A stretch of 51,356 nt of DNA from a virus: positions 1 through 51,356 of IMG/VR virus record IMGVR_UViG_3300001202_000003; one strand, 5' to 3'. A program made the translations under genes and the position numbers. The stretch's first letter is position 1, and each line of letters begins with the position of its first letter. The notes beneath the pieces were generated by a model. It saw only the letters and a list, made by a program, of their open reading frames with translations. It had not been told where the DNA came from and ran no database searches. Shown one piece after another: positions 1-7,180 of the stretch.

Positions 1-49
1 TAATTCATAGTTATCATTTAAGCCGTCTACTAAGTCATCTACTAAATTA
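1..49. repeat. Terminal overlap, copy A (identical to 51308-51356); the contig closes into a circle or is terminally redundant
   Basis: Read directly: taattcatagttatcatttaagccgtctactaagtcatctactaaatta is present at both window ends. A minus-strand reading frame is continuous across the junction. Confidence 0.95.
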
Positions 50-126
50 TCAGTAACCTCAAACTTAAGTTTATTACTCTCACTCTTTTCAGCGAAAGCC
101 TTCGCCATTTCAGTAAAACTAGTCAT
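1..126 (-). CDS. 5' end (first 42 codons) of the RecD/Dda-like helicase gene; it continues at the window end after circular closure
   Basis: ATG at 126-124 (MTSFTEMAKAFAEKSESNKLKFEVTDNLVDDLVDGLNDNYEL...) is in frame through the 49-bp overlap with ORF 49529..51277. The TTG start listed at 51277 in the ORF track is therefore internal. The joined length 77+1828 nt is divisible by 3. Confidence 0.7.
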   Translation of the reverse strand, partial: MTSFTEMAKAFAEKSESNKLKFEVTDNLVDDLVDGLNDNYEL

Positions 127-262
127 TGTTTTTTTGTTCTTTGATTAATTTACGAATCCGCTTAACTTTACATTTAACGCATTCTGGTTGACATTTAGTA
201 TTGCCTTTACGTTCGCATTTATTTAAAGGTTCTAAGTGGTTAAATAATAAAGGTAGGTGCAT
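119..262 (-). CDS. Small basic Cys-rich protein, 47 aa (MHLPLLFNHLEPLNKCERKGNTKCQPECVKCKVKRIRKLIKEQKNND); possible zinc ribbon
   Basis: Hand-translated and below the ORF-track size cutoff. The ATG lies 5 nt after the stop of ORF 267..1142. Its stop overlaps the helicase ATG (AATGACTAG), which looks like translational coupling. Four Cys are spaced C-x8-C-x3-C-x2-C. Confidence 0.4.
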   Translation of the reverse strand: MHLPLLFNHLEPLNKCERKGNTKCQPECVKCKVKRIRKLIKEQKNND

Positions 263-266
263 CATC

Positions 267-1142
267 TTAACCAAACAACCCCGCTAGACCTTCTTTAATC
301 CGATTAGTCTTTAGTTCTTTAGCAACATTAGCAACCCTAACCGCACTCATAACTTTAGCAACAGGCGAGAAATTAGAATATATTGTGGAGTTAGTAATCT
401 CGTTACTCGTCTTCCCATAACGCCTAGCATTTAACTCTCTGACGCGTTTTGCAATGTAACTTTCTAATAACTCAAAATCATCTGAACTATTAGGCATTGG
501 CATTTTTTCATTGTTAAAACACTTACTCAATATAACATCAAAGTAAGACAAGCAAAGACTAATATCATCACTTTTAAATGAATAATTAATATCTTTAAAA
601 AATTCTTCTTTACAAATCTGTCTATATAAACTGTTGTCACACTCGCTCACTTTATTAACCACAAAACAATTAAATTGAAAAAACGGTATTAAATTAATAT
701 TATTAACTAAAAACTCGTACATACTGATTTTAAACTTAAGCTTATTCATCTGATTAACTAAAGAACTTTCACTGTTATAAACGTCATCTAGTATTTTAGT
801 CCAAGCATAAACCGTGTAAGCTGCTGGATTATTTTCAGCGTGTCGCTTTAGCATTTCAGGTCCAGTATTTAACCATTGTGGAGCTATGCTCGCAGCAATA
901 CCTGAACTAGTCCCAAACAAAACTCCAATAGCTTGTCCGGTCTTATTACAATACTGTGTTGACGCAATTCTACCATTATGATTACAAGAATCAACACAGT
1001 AACTAATTCCATTATTAATCTGCTTATAGTTATTACTCTCATCAGCTGCATTAGCAAGCAATTCAAAATCTTTAGCATACGTGTGTAAAACACCAGCATA
1101 CCTTGCCCAACTACCACGTTCTAACTCACTCAATTTTCTCAT
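267..1142 (-). CDS. Hypothetical protein, 291 aa; no family recognised
   Basis: Long ORF with an AGGGA ribosome-binding site upstream of the ATG. It continues the minus-strand gene block and is visibly AT-rich. Confidence 0.7.
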   Translation of the reverse strand: MRKLSELERGSWARYAGVLHTYAKDFELLANAADESNNYKQINNGISYCVDSCNHNGRIASTQYCNKTGQAIGVLFGTSSGIAASIAPQWLNTGPEMLKRHAENNPAAYTVYAWTKILDDVYNSESSLVNQMNKLKFKISMYEFLVNNINLIPFFQFNCFVVNKVSECDNSLYRQICKEEFFKDINYSFKSDDISLCLSYFDVILSKCFNNEKMPMPNSSDDFELLESYIAKRVRELNARRYGKTSNEITNSTIYSNFSPVAKVMSAVRVANVAKELKTNRIKEGLAGLFG

Positions 1143-1789
1143 AATAAAAATCCCTGTTTTATTACCTGCGTTTAAGTTTTAACCCCTGCAAATAAGTTAG
1201 TTCATGAGCTAGCAAGAAAAACTAGACTAAACGGCTATGACAGGGGGATACCGCAAAGTCTTAAAACTCACATTGTCGCCCATGAACTACAAAGACCTTA
1301 CTACATACTGCAAAACAATGTCAACCCCTAAAATGAAGAAAGTTAACAAAATAATTAACATGTCAACAGGGCAAAATCACCCCCTCCCTTGTCAAAGTTG
1401 TAAAATCACACCTTTATAACATTGCAAAAACACCTAAAGTTAACAAAACAGTCAAGTAACTTGTTTATTAACTTGTTGACACGGTTTAATAGTAGCTCAT
1501 TAATGTCTGAGAGACGGTAAAGTTAAGGGTTTAGTTAAAATTAACAGATTTGTTAACTTTGGCTTCTTTCTACTCGTGATTTGCCTAATACGACTAGCTA
1601 ATAATGTATTAATACATTTAAAAATAGGGGATTCCGAGAGGGGGGGGGTCAAAACCCATCTTAACAGCTTGTTAACTTTCGTTGTAAATAATCACTACCA
1701 TATGTTGTAAATTTTGTAAATATTCCTTTAAACCCTCGCAACGCGCAACAAAATCTCACAACTATTTTAAACTTTTTACACCAACGCTA

Positions 1790-1818
1790 TTGACATTAGC
1801 ACAAACTATATATAAATT
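1790..1818 (+). promoter_or_regulatory. Sigma70-like promoter candidate (TTGACA-N17-TAAATT) for ORF 1928..2725
   Basis: TTGACA at 1790-1795 and TAAATT at 1813-1818 (TATAAA at N15 is an alternative), about 110 nt upstream of the ORF. Confidence 0.45.
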
Positions 1819-1860
1819 CACTGCAATGCTTAATCTTAAGCAGAACGTTAATATGACTTA

Positions 1861-1910
1861 ACACAATTAAACACAATTAAACACAATTTAACACAATTAA
1901 ACACAACACA
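1861..1910 (+). repeat. Tandem 10-bp repeat ACACAATTAA, 4 copies plus a degenerate fifth, in the 5' leader of ORF 1928
   Basis: Read directly: acacaattaa acacaattaa acacaattta acacaattaa acacaacaca, followed by caAAGGAactatctattATG. Confidence 0.95.
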
Positions 1911-1927
1911 CAAAGGAACTATCTATT

Positions 1928-2725
1928 ATGAAAGTTACAACTAATAATGCAGAAACCAATAATTCAGGCGAAGAACCACGTGGCGATTACCCAGAAACAT
2001 GGTCAAAAAAAGCCATTAATGATGATCAAGACGCTTTTATGCAATCTGTAGGTGCTGCTAGTGAAGGCATGCCCGAAGGTCGCGTTTTCCGCAACTTTGA
2101 TGAGCTAGACCAAATCCCAGAAGGTTTTGAAATCAATATTGAACCTAAAGATACTGGTTCTTTCAGTGATAGTGAAGCATGCTTTGTTTACGCTATTCCA
2201 ACTGTTGAAGCTATTGAGGCAATGGGTGAAGCTGGCAAAGATTTCATTCGCCAATGTGTAGCATCAACACTAAACCGTAAAGCATCGTCATACCAATGGG
2301 CAGTTAATCGTAAAAATGGAGCGTTCTCGGCACCACTAGACATTAACTCATGGCTTGAAGGTGCTAAACCTAGCTCTAGCTCTGGCGGTGTACGCTTTAG
2401 CAAGAAAGGTTGGAATGCAGTTAGTGAAGTTATTGTTAATGCTATTAACGGTCTTTACAAGTCAAATAACCACCCAGCACGTATTAATAAACGTGAACTG
2501 TCGCGTTGTATGGCTAGCGTCAACGATGCAAATGCATTGCATCCTGTAATAAAGGCATGGGATAGCGTTTTCACACAAGCTGAAACACTAATCAAAGAAG
2601 AAATTGCCAAACCTGAAAGCAAACTTACCGATAAAGAACTTGAAGTTCTAACTCACTGGAAAGCAACGCGCGATCAGCAAGCTACTAATGACCAGCTAGA
2701 AATCACTGAACTTAAATTCGACTAG
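1928..2725 (+). CDS. Hypothetical protein, 265 aa; stand-alone transcription unit and a candidate early gene
   Basis: AAGGA ribosome-binding site 9 nt upstream. It has its own promoter-like box at 1790 and a stem-loop plus T-run at 2768-2795. No family recognised. Confidence 0.75.
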   Translation: MKVTTNNAETNNSGEEPRGDYPETWSKKAINDDQDAFMQSVGAASEGMPEGRVFRNFDELDQIPEGFEINIEPKDTGSFSDSEACFVYAIPTVEAIEAMGEAGKDFIRQCVASTLNRKASSYQWAVNRKNGAFSAPLDINSWLEGAKPSSSSGGVRFSKKGWNAVSEVIVNAINGLYKSNNHPARINKRELSRCMASVNDANALHPVIKAWDSVFTQAETLIKEEIAKPESKLTDKELEVLTHWKATRDQQATNDQLEITELKFD

Positions 2726-2767
2726 TAATTACTATCTTATAGCTAATCATTATAAAACAAAACAACT

Positions 2768-2795
2768 AAGCGGGGTTTACATCCCGCTTTTTTTA
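2768..2795 (+). terminator. Rho-independent terminator after ORF 1928..2725
   Basis: aAGCGGG-gtttacat-CCCGCTt followed by a T7 run. Confidence 0.75.
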
Positions 2796-2896
2796 TGTCA
2801 TGTGTTCACTTATAAGTAATCGACCCGACAATAATCCAACACTAACCCAGCACCAACCCAACACTAACCCAGTAGTAAACAAAGGAAAACAATACC

Positions 2897-2977
2897 ATGC
2901 ACACCATAGTAATTTTCGCACTTACTGTTAACGGCTTAGTAGGTAAAACCATTGACGGTAAAACAGTGCGGCTGTAA
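2897..2977 (+). CDS. Possible 26-aa hydrophobic peptide (MHTIVIFALTVNGLVGKTIDGKTVRL)
   Basis: AAAGGAAAA ribosome-binding site 7 nt upstream of the ATG. The bidirectional terminator at 3031-3074 lies downstream. Very short, so weak. Confidence 0.25.
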   Translation: MHTIVIFALTVNGLVGKTIDGKTVRL

Positions 2978-3030
2978 CGAGCTAATAACTTACAACATTA
3001 CACCGCGCACAACACTGCACAACACTGCAC

Positions 3031-3074
3031 AAAAAAAAGGGCAGTACGGATTAATATCTACACTGCCCTTTTTT
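3031..3074. terminator. Bidirectional rho-independent terminator
   Basis: A8-GGGCAGT-16 nt loop-ACTGCCC-T6. It sits between plus-strand ORF 2897 and minus-strand ORF 3119..3283. Confidence 0.7.
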
Positions 3075-3118
3075 GATGCTTATGATTTAATTTTAGCTAC
3101 CACACTAGAACTAACAAC

Positions 3119-3283
3119 CTACTCCGTTATTATAAACTTCCCTATAGCTAACCACATTCCCAAACCCCATAACATTAATGATATTGCTAGCAACGCACAT
3201 GCATCGCGGAACAATCCATTCCGCAGTTCTCTTTCATCCTCACACAAGCGTTTAAACTTATTCAGGTACTTCAAACCATTCAT
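3119..3283 (-). CDS. Small membrane protein, 54 aa (MNGLKYLNKFKRLCEDERELRNGLFRDACALLAISLMLWGLGMWLAIGKFIITE)
   Basis: Hand-translated. GAAGGA ribosome-binding site 8 nt upstream, one clear transmembrane helix, terminator 45 nt downstream. Confidence 0.4.
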   Translation of the reverse strand: MNGLKYLNKFKRLCEDERELRNGLFRDACALLAISLMLWGLGMWLAIGKFIITE

Positions 3284-3431
3284 TTCTCAAATCCTTCTAT
3301 ATGAGCTTGCTAGAGCATCATGCCCTTAACTTTATACTGCTTTTACACTCACAAATACACAGTATCACACATATCTTAACAAACCCTTAACAAACCCTTA
3401 ACACCAGCAATACCAGCACAGCACCAGACAA

Positions 3432-3456
3432 TAAAAAACCCCGCTGGGAAGCGAGG
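3432..3456 (-). terminator. Rho-independent terminator candidate after ORF 3508..4029
   Basis: On the minus strand: CCTCGCT-tccc-AGCGGGG followed by T6. One mismatch in the stem. Confidence 0.55.
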
Positions 3457-3507
3457 CTTGCTCTTAATTTACATGTTATAGCTTATCCTAACAAACTAAC
3501 AACAACC

Positions 3508-4029
3508 TTAACCCTTCCTTTCTTTAAACTCTTTGGCCATGAAACTTAAAATACGCATAGTTTCATCACCTAATTTAGTACCAACTCTAGTTTCTTTCCA
3601 GTGCTTACGTGCTTGTTTTACACTACTAAACACTCTACAACCAGCGTGAACACTACCACTTTTACTCATTACAAACTGATATCCGTCAGACCTAATCGGG
3701 CCTTGTATTAAAGCATTACTACATTTTCTTATCTTTAAACAACTACGGCAATCAATACAACTAGTACAACTATTACAATTGACACAACTACTACAACCAG
3801 TGCATTTAATACAACTGTGGCATTCACCACAACCCTTACAACTATGGCAATTAATACAATTAACACAGCCACGGCAACAAACTAAAGTTCTTAAAGCAGC
3901 TTTTGCACTCTTCCTACTACCGAAATAATGATAATAGCACTTATTACCATCAATATCTACGACATATTCTTCGTATTCTATAATATCACGATCACTCTTA
4001 TTCATAATCTTAGTCGTAATCTTATCCAT
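3508..4029 (-). CDS. Cys-repeat protein, 173 aa, with 16 Cys at exact Cxx periodicity plus a C-terminal GC(R)xF..xxAR.HW-type domain
   Basis: CRGCVNCINCHSCKGCGECHSCIKCTGCSSCVNCNSCTSCIDCRSC read from the translation. GGAGAA ribosome-binding site upstream of the ATG. Confidence 0.8.
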   Translation of the reverse strand: MDKITTKIMNKSDRDIIEYEEYVVDIDGNKCYYHYFGSRKSAKAALRTLVCCRGCVNCINCHSCKGCGECHSCIKCTGCSSCVNCNSCTSCIDCRSCLKIRKCSNALIQGPIRSDGYQFVMSKSGSVHAGCRVFSSVKQARKHWKETRVGTKLGDETMRILSFMAKEFKERKG

Positions 4030-4533
4030 AATCTTATTCTCCTATTATTAATTAATCTACTATATACGCCAGTTCTGTCACATTAAAACCCTATAGTAAA
4101 GTTTTTCTGTCACGGAACATTACACCACAATTATACACAACGCAACCCCTTAGTTAATAATAATTCAATTAATGTTGTCAGTTTATATCTATTAGGTATA
4201 TATTTCCCTCCCAATTCACACAATGTACTACTAAATACATTCATGTTCACATATGTTCTTGTTAAGTTCACACTTTGTCGAGCCGCAAAATCACGACAGC
4301 AGTACTAATGCCTGCTCGCCTCGAAGACATGAGTAGTACAAAGCGTCAACAAAGCATGAACACTAGGGTACATAGTTAATGGGGGGTATTACCCCCAATA
4401 GTATGCAAGGCGCTGTTGCTATATAAAGACAACGCTCCAAAAAAATTATAAATAATAGATATGGTGTCAGTACTGTTTTAAATGTATTAGTAAATTGAAA
4501 TGCTGTGTCTCGGATGCTTGATGCTAGGGTTTG

Positions 4534-4608
4534 ATGTACGGGAGTATTAATTTAATGTAGTTAGAAACCACGTATGTAGTCGGGAGTATTAAGTTAAGGT
4601 TTTAGTTA
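4534..4608 (+). repeat. Two direct repeats ATGTA(GT)CGGGAGTATTAAKTTAA, 40 bp apart, upstream of the small terminase candidate
   Basis: atgtacgggagtattaatttaatgtagtta at 4534 and atgtagtcgggagtattaagttaaggttttagtta at 4574. Confidence 0.85.
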
Positions 4609-4658
4609 CATTAACACGGGTTTACTGTATTATAGTTTTATGAATTATTTTGTTTATT

Positions 4659-4690
4659 ATTAAAATTAAAAATTTAAAAATTTAAAATTT
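4659..4690. repeat. A/T-tract tandem repeat (TAAAATT AAAAATTT AAAAATTT AAAATTT)
   Basis: Read directly. Confidence 0.9.
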
Positions 4691-4712
4691 GTTGTGAAGG
4701 GTTGTTTTACTA

Positions 4713-4741
4713 TTGACTGACCGCGGGGAGTTATGTTATTT
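4713..4741 (+). promoter_or_regulatory. Weak sigma70-like promoter candidate (TTGACT-N17-TTATTT) ahead of the virion module
   Basis: TTGACT at 4713-4718. The -10 match is poor. Confidence 0.3.
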
Positions 4742-4797
4742 ATGGTAGTTACGGTAATAAGAGTTTATGCAGATGCTTTGCAAGGATGTAATTGGTT

Positions 4798-5526
4798 ATG
4801 TTTGGTAAGGGTTTGGCCCAAAAAATTGATGATAGTGCTAATGTGGAAAACGTGGGCATAGTGTTATCGGATGAACAGATTAATTGCATCGCGATGATGA
4901 CTGCACAAGGCTACACAGCGCGTAGTATTATGCATGCGAGCGGACTTACACAGTCTGGTGATTATGAACTAGCTTTACAGAATGAATTAGTTCAGAAACA
5001 AATCTCTGAACTTAAAAGCGAAAAGGTTACTAAGGAGATAGAGAATGCAGGCAGGTGGGATGTAGCGGAAGAACTGGCTTTAGAAGCCGTTATTCATGAT
5101 ATTACTTATAGTAGCTCTGAAATGTCTCCGATGGAGAAATTACGTATCGCTAAAGAGGCCAATACTGCGAAACGTAAAACAGGTGATGAAGCTTTACGTA
5201 ACGGTAGTAATGTGGGCCAGCTTGATGGTGACTTAGTAAACGGTAATAAACAAGTTATTAATTTGAGTTTACCTACAGTAGTTATTAACAGGTTTAAACA
5301 ATTAAGTGAGAATAATGGGGCTATTATTGAAGCAGAAGCTGTTGAGCAAAAAGAATTTGAAGGTAATAATAAAGAGATACTAACACCTGATGACGTACAG
5401 GATATCTTGAAAATTAATCTCAATGAGAATAACAATAGTGATATGTTTAGTCCGTCAGGTCAAGAGTTGTTTAATAGTGTGTTTGATGAAGATAGTAATA
5501 TCGGTATTAGTGATGCAGAAGGTTAA
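4798..5526 (+). CDS. terS: Small terminase subunit candidate
   Basis: Lies immediately upstream of terL. The N-terminal segment LSDEQINCIAMMTAQGYTARSIMHASGLTQ looks like a helix-turn-helix. The ATG at 4798 with AAGGA 11 nt upstream is preferred over the TTG at 4792 in the track. Confidence 0.55.
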   Translation: MFGKGLAQKIDDSANVENVGIVLSDEQINCIAMMTAQGYTARSIMHASGLTQSGDYELALQNELVQKQISELKSEKVTKEIENAGRWDVAEELALEAVIHDITYSSSEMSPMEKLRIAKEANTAKRKTGDEALRNGSNVGQLDGDLVNGNKQVINLSLPTVVINRFKQLSENNGAIIEAEAVEQKEFEGNNKEILTPDDVQDILKINLNENNNSDMFSPSGQELFNSVFDEDSNIGISDAEG

Positions 5527-5537
5527 TTGCTAATATC

Positions 5538-7178
5538 ATGGCTAATATGAAATACGACTATTCTGGTAATTTGTACACCGAAAAAGACTATCGTAATAAT
5601 GATTTTCTTACAGAACAGTTTATTAAACAAGAGGGGACCGGTGTTGGTGCAAGAGATATTCCAAAAGATATCCATGATTTAAACACAGTTAATATCGATC
5701 GGATACAGTTAATACAAACGCTTAAGTATGATTTTGATAGTTTTATTAAATTAATATTACACGAAGAAGAAGGTATCGATTTGGGGGTGCCTCCTTTTCA
5801 TAAATATGGTTTTAAAAAGATGACTGATATTGATATTATCAACTTAGTTATTGCTTGGCCGCGAGACCACGCTAAAACGACATTATTGAAAATAGCTATA
5901 CTGTGGTTGTTTATATACACTCCCTTTAGGTTTGCTATGTATGTTTGTCATACTAATAAGAAAGCGGCTAACGCCCTAGCTGACTTAGTTAATATGATGA
6001 AAAAGGAAAGTGTCGTCGGGATTTATGGTGTGCCTAAAATCATTAAAGCACAAGCCAGTACCGGAAGCTACCTTATTGATTGGTGTGATAAGAGAATTAT
6101 ATTAGAAGCTGTTGGTGTTGGGCAAGATGTTCGTGGTACTAATATTGACAACCAACGGCCACAGATACTAGCACTTGATGATGTTGAAAAAGCAGAAGAA
6201 GGTGAAGAAAATAAGATGGGTTACGAAGGTATTAGTGACTGGTTCTTTGCCACTCTTCGTAAATGTGTTGATAGGCGTGGCCATGTTATAAGACAGATCG
6301 GTAATTTAGTAGCTGAAAAAAGTTTGCTTTATGATAATCTTACTAGTGATTATTGGGTTAGTACTAGGTTATCAGCTATTACTAAAGAAGGCAAACCTCT
6401 TTGGCCTGCTAGATGGACTTTAGCACAGTTAAAGCTTGATTTATTGGAATATATTGAAAAAGGTAAGATGGGTATTTGGATGTCCGAAATGCTCAACATG
6501 CCTTTGAACGAGAGTAATGCTATTATACGTAGTGGTGATTTACTAATACGTGATGAAGTTACGCCTGACAACCCTGACATACTGATGAAATGTATTACTG
6601 TTGACCCAGCTATTACTAAAAGTGCCACACACGCTGATAATGCAGTGGTATTTGTACACGTTTATTTAAACGGTGCTTGGCAAGTAGGTGAAATATTCTC
6701 TGCTAAAGGACAAAGTGTTTACGATTTGTATTATAAGATCATCGAGCTAGCTTCTAAATGGCGAATTACTCTGGTAGGTATTGAAACTGAGGGTTATCAA
6801 GAAGCGTTGAGGCAGGTGTGTGAGCAGAAGGCTATTGAAATGGGTATTAATACAATGCATTTCGTGCCTTTAAAAACTAATAAGAAGTCAAAAGCTAGTA
6901 GAATTATAGCTTGGGCTGGTATGTTGAAAGCTAAGAGCTATGCTTTAAGTTTTAATTACCTTTGGTTGTTTGAGAAACTAGTTAAATATAATCCTGATAC
7001 TAAGAATAATGATGATGATGAGCCTGATGCTGGTAGTTATATATTGCATATGATAGATTACTATGGGCACTTAATGGCAGGTATTGTTGATGATAGACAG
7101 GTAGCTGCTGACAAACGATATAAAGATGCTCATCGTGATGACTATAGGTATTCAGATCAATTATACGTTAGGAATTAA
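5538..7178 (+). CDS. terL: Terminase large subunit
   Basis: Deviant Walker A AWPRDHAKTTLL, Walker B ILALDDVE, and nuclease-domain motifs ITVDPA, GIETEGYQ and DDDEPDAGSY. Position is just before the portal gene. Confidence 0.9.
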   Translation: MANMKYDYSGNLYTEKDYRNNDFLTEQFIKQEGTGVGARDIPKDIHDLNTVNIDRIQLIQTLKYDFDSFIKLILHEEEGIDLGVPPFHKYGFKKMTDIDIINLVIAWPRDHAKTTLLKIAILWLFIYTPFRFAMYVCHTNKKAANALADLVNMMKKESVVGIYGVPKIIKAQASTGSYLIDWCDKRIILEAVGVGQDVRGTNIDNQRPQILALDDVEKAEEGEENKMGYEGISDWFFATLRKCVDRRGHVIRQIGNLVAEKSLLYDNLTSDYWVSTRLSAITKEGKPLWPARWTLAQLKLDLLEYIEKGKMGIWMSEMLNMPLNESNAIIRSGDLLIRDEVTPDNPDILMKCITVDPAITKSATHADNAVVFVHVYLNGAWQVGEIFSAKGQSVYDLYYKIIELASKWRITLVGIETEGYQEALRQVCEQKAIEMGINTMHFVPLKTNKKSKASRIIAWAGMLKAKSYALSFNYLWLFEKLVKYNPDTKNNDDDEPDAGSYILHMIDYYGHLMAGIVDDRQVAADKRYKDAHRDDYRYSDQLYVRN

Positions 7179-7180
7179 TT

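Noticed and set aside
1-49. The 49-bp end duplication as a biological direct terminal repeat
   Set aside because: It falls in the middle of an intact helicase reading frame and is of typical assembler-overlap length. Real ends are more likely elsewhere, for example near the terS-proximal repeats. Read-terminus analysis is needed to settle this.
1237-1419. 60-aa plus-strand ORF in the non-coding hub
   Set aside because: It has no ribosome-binding site and a Lys/Thr-rich composition typical of AT-rich random frames. It overlaps TTGTTAAC and TTGACA motif copies. I cannot exclude a small early peptide, but there is no support for one.
1586-1603. TAATACGACT, a 10-nt match to the start of the T7 RNA polymerase promoter consensus (TAATACGACTCACTATAG)
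   Set aside because: The match breaks down after 10 nt (TAATACGACTAGCTAATA). I saw no second copy, and no single-subunit RNA polymerase gene is recognisable in the genome. A single 10-mer match is plausible by chance in about 100 kb of two-strand sequence.
1861-1910. The tandem repeats here and at 42717-42764 as possible CRISPR arrays
   Set aside because: The repeat units (10 and 14 bp) are contiguous with no spacers and far shorter than CRISPR repeats. There are no cas genes apart from a stand-alone Cas4-like recombination nuclease.
2952-3329. 125-aa plus-strand ORF in the track
   Set aside because: It reads straight through the A8-stem-T6 bidirectional terminator at 3031-3074 and has no ribosome-binding site. 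The region is explained better by two mini-ORFs, one on each strand, flanking the terminator.
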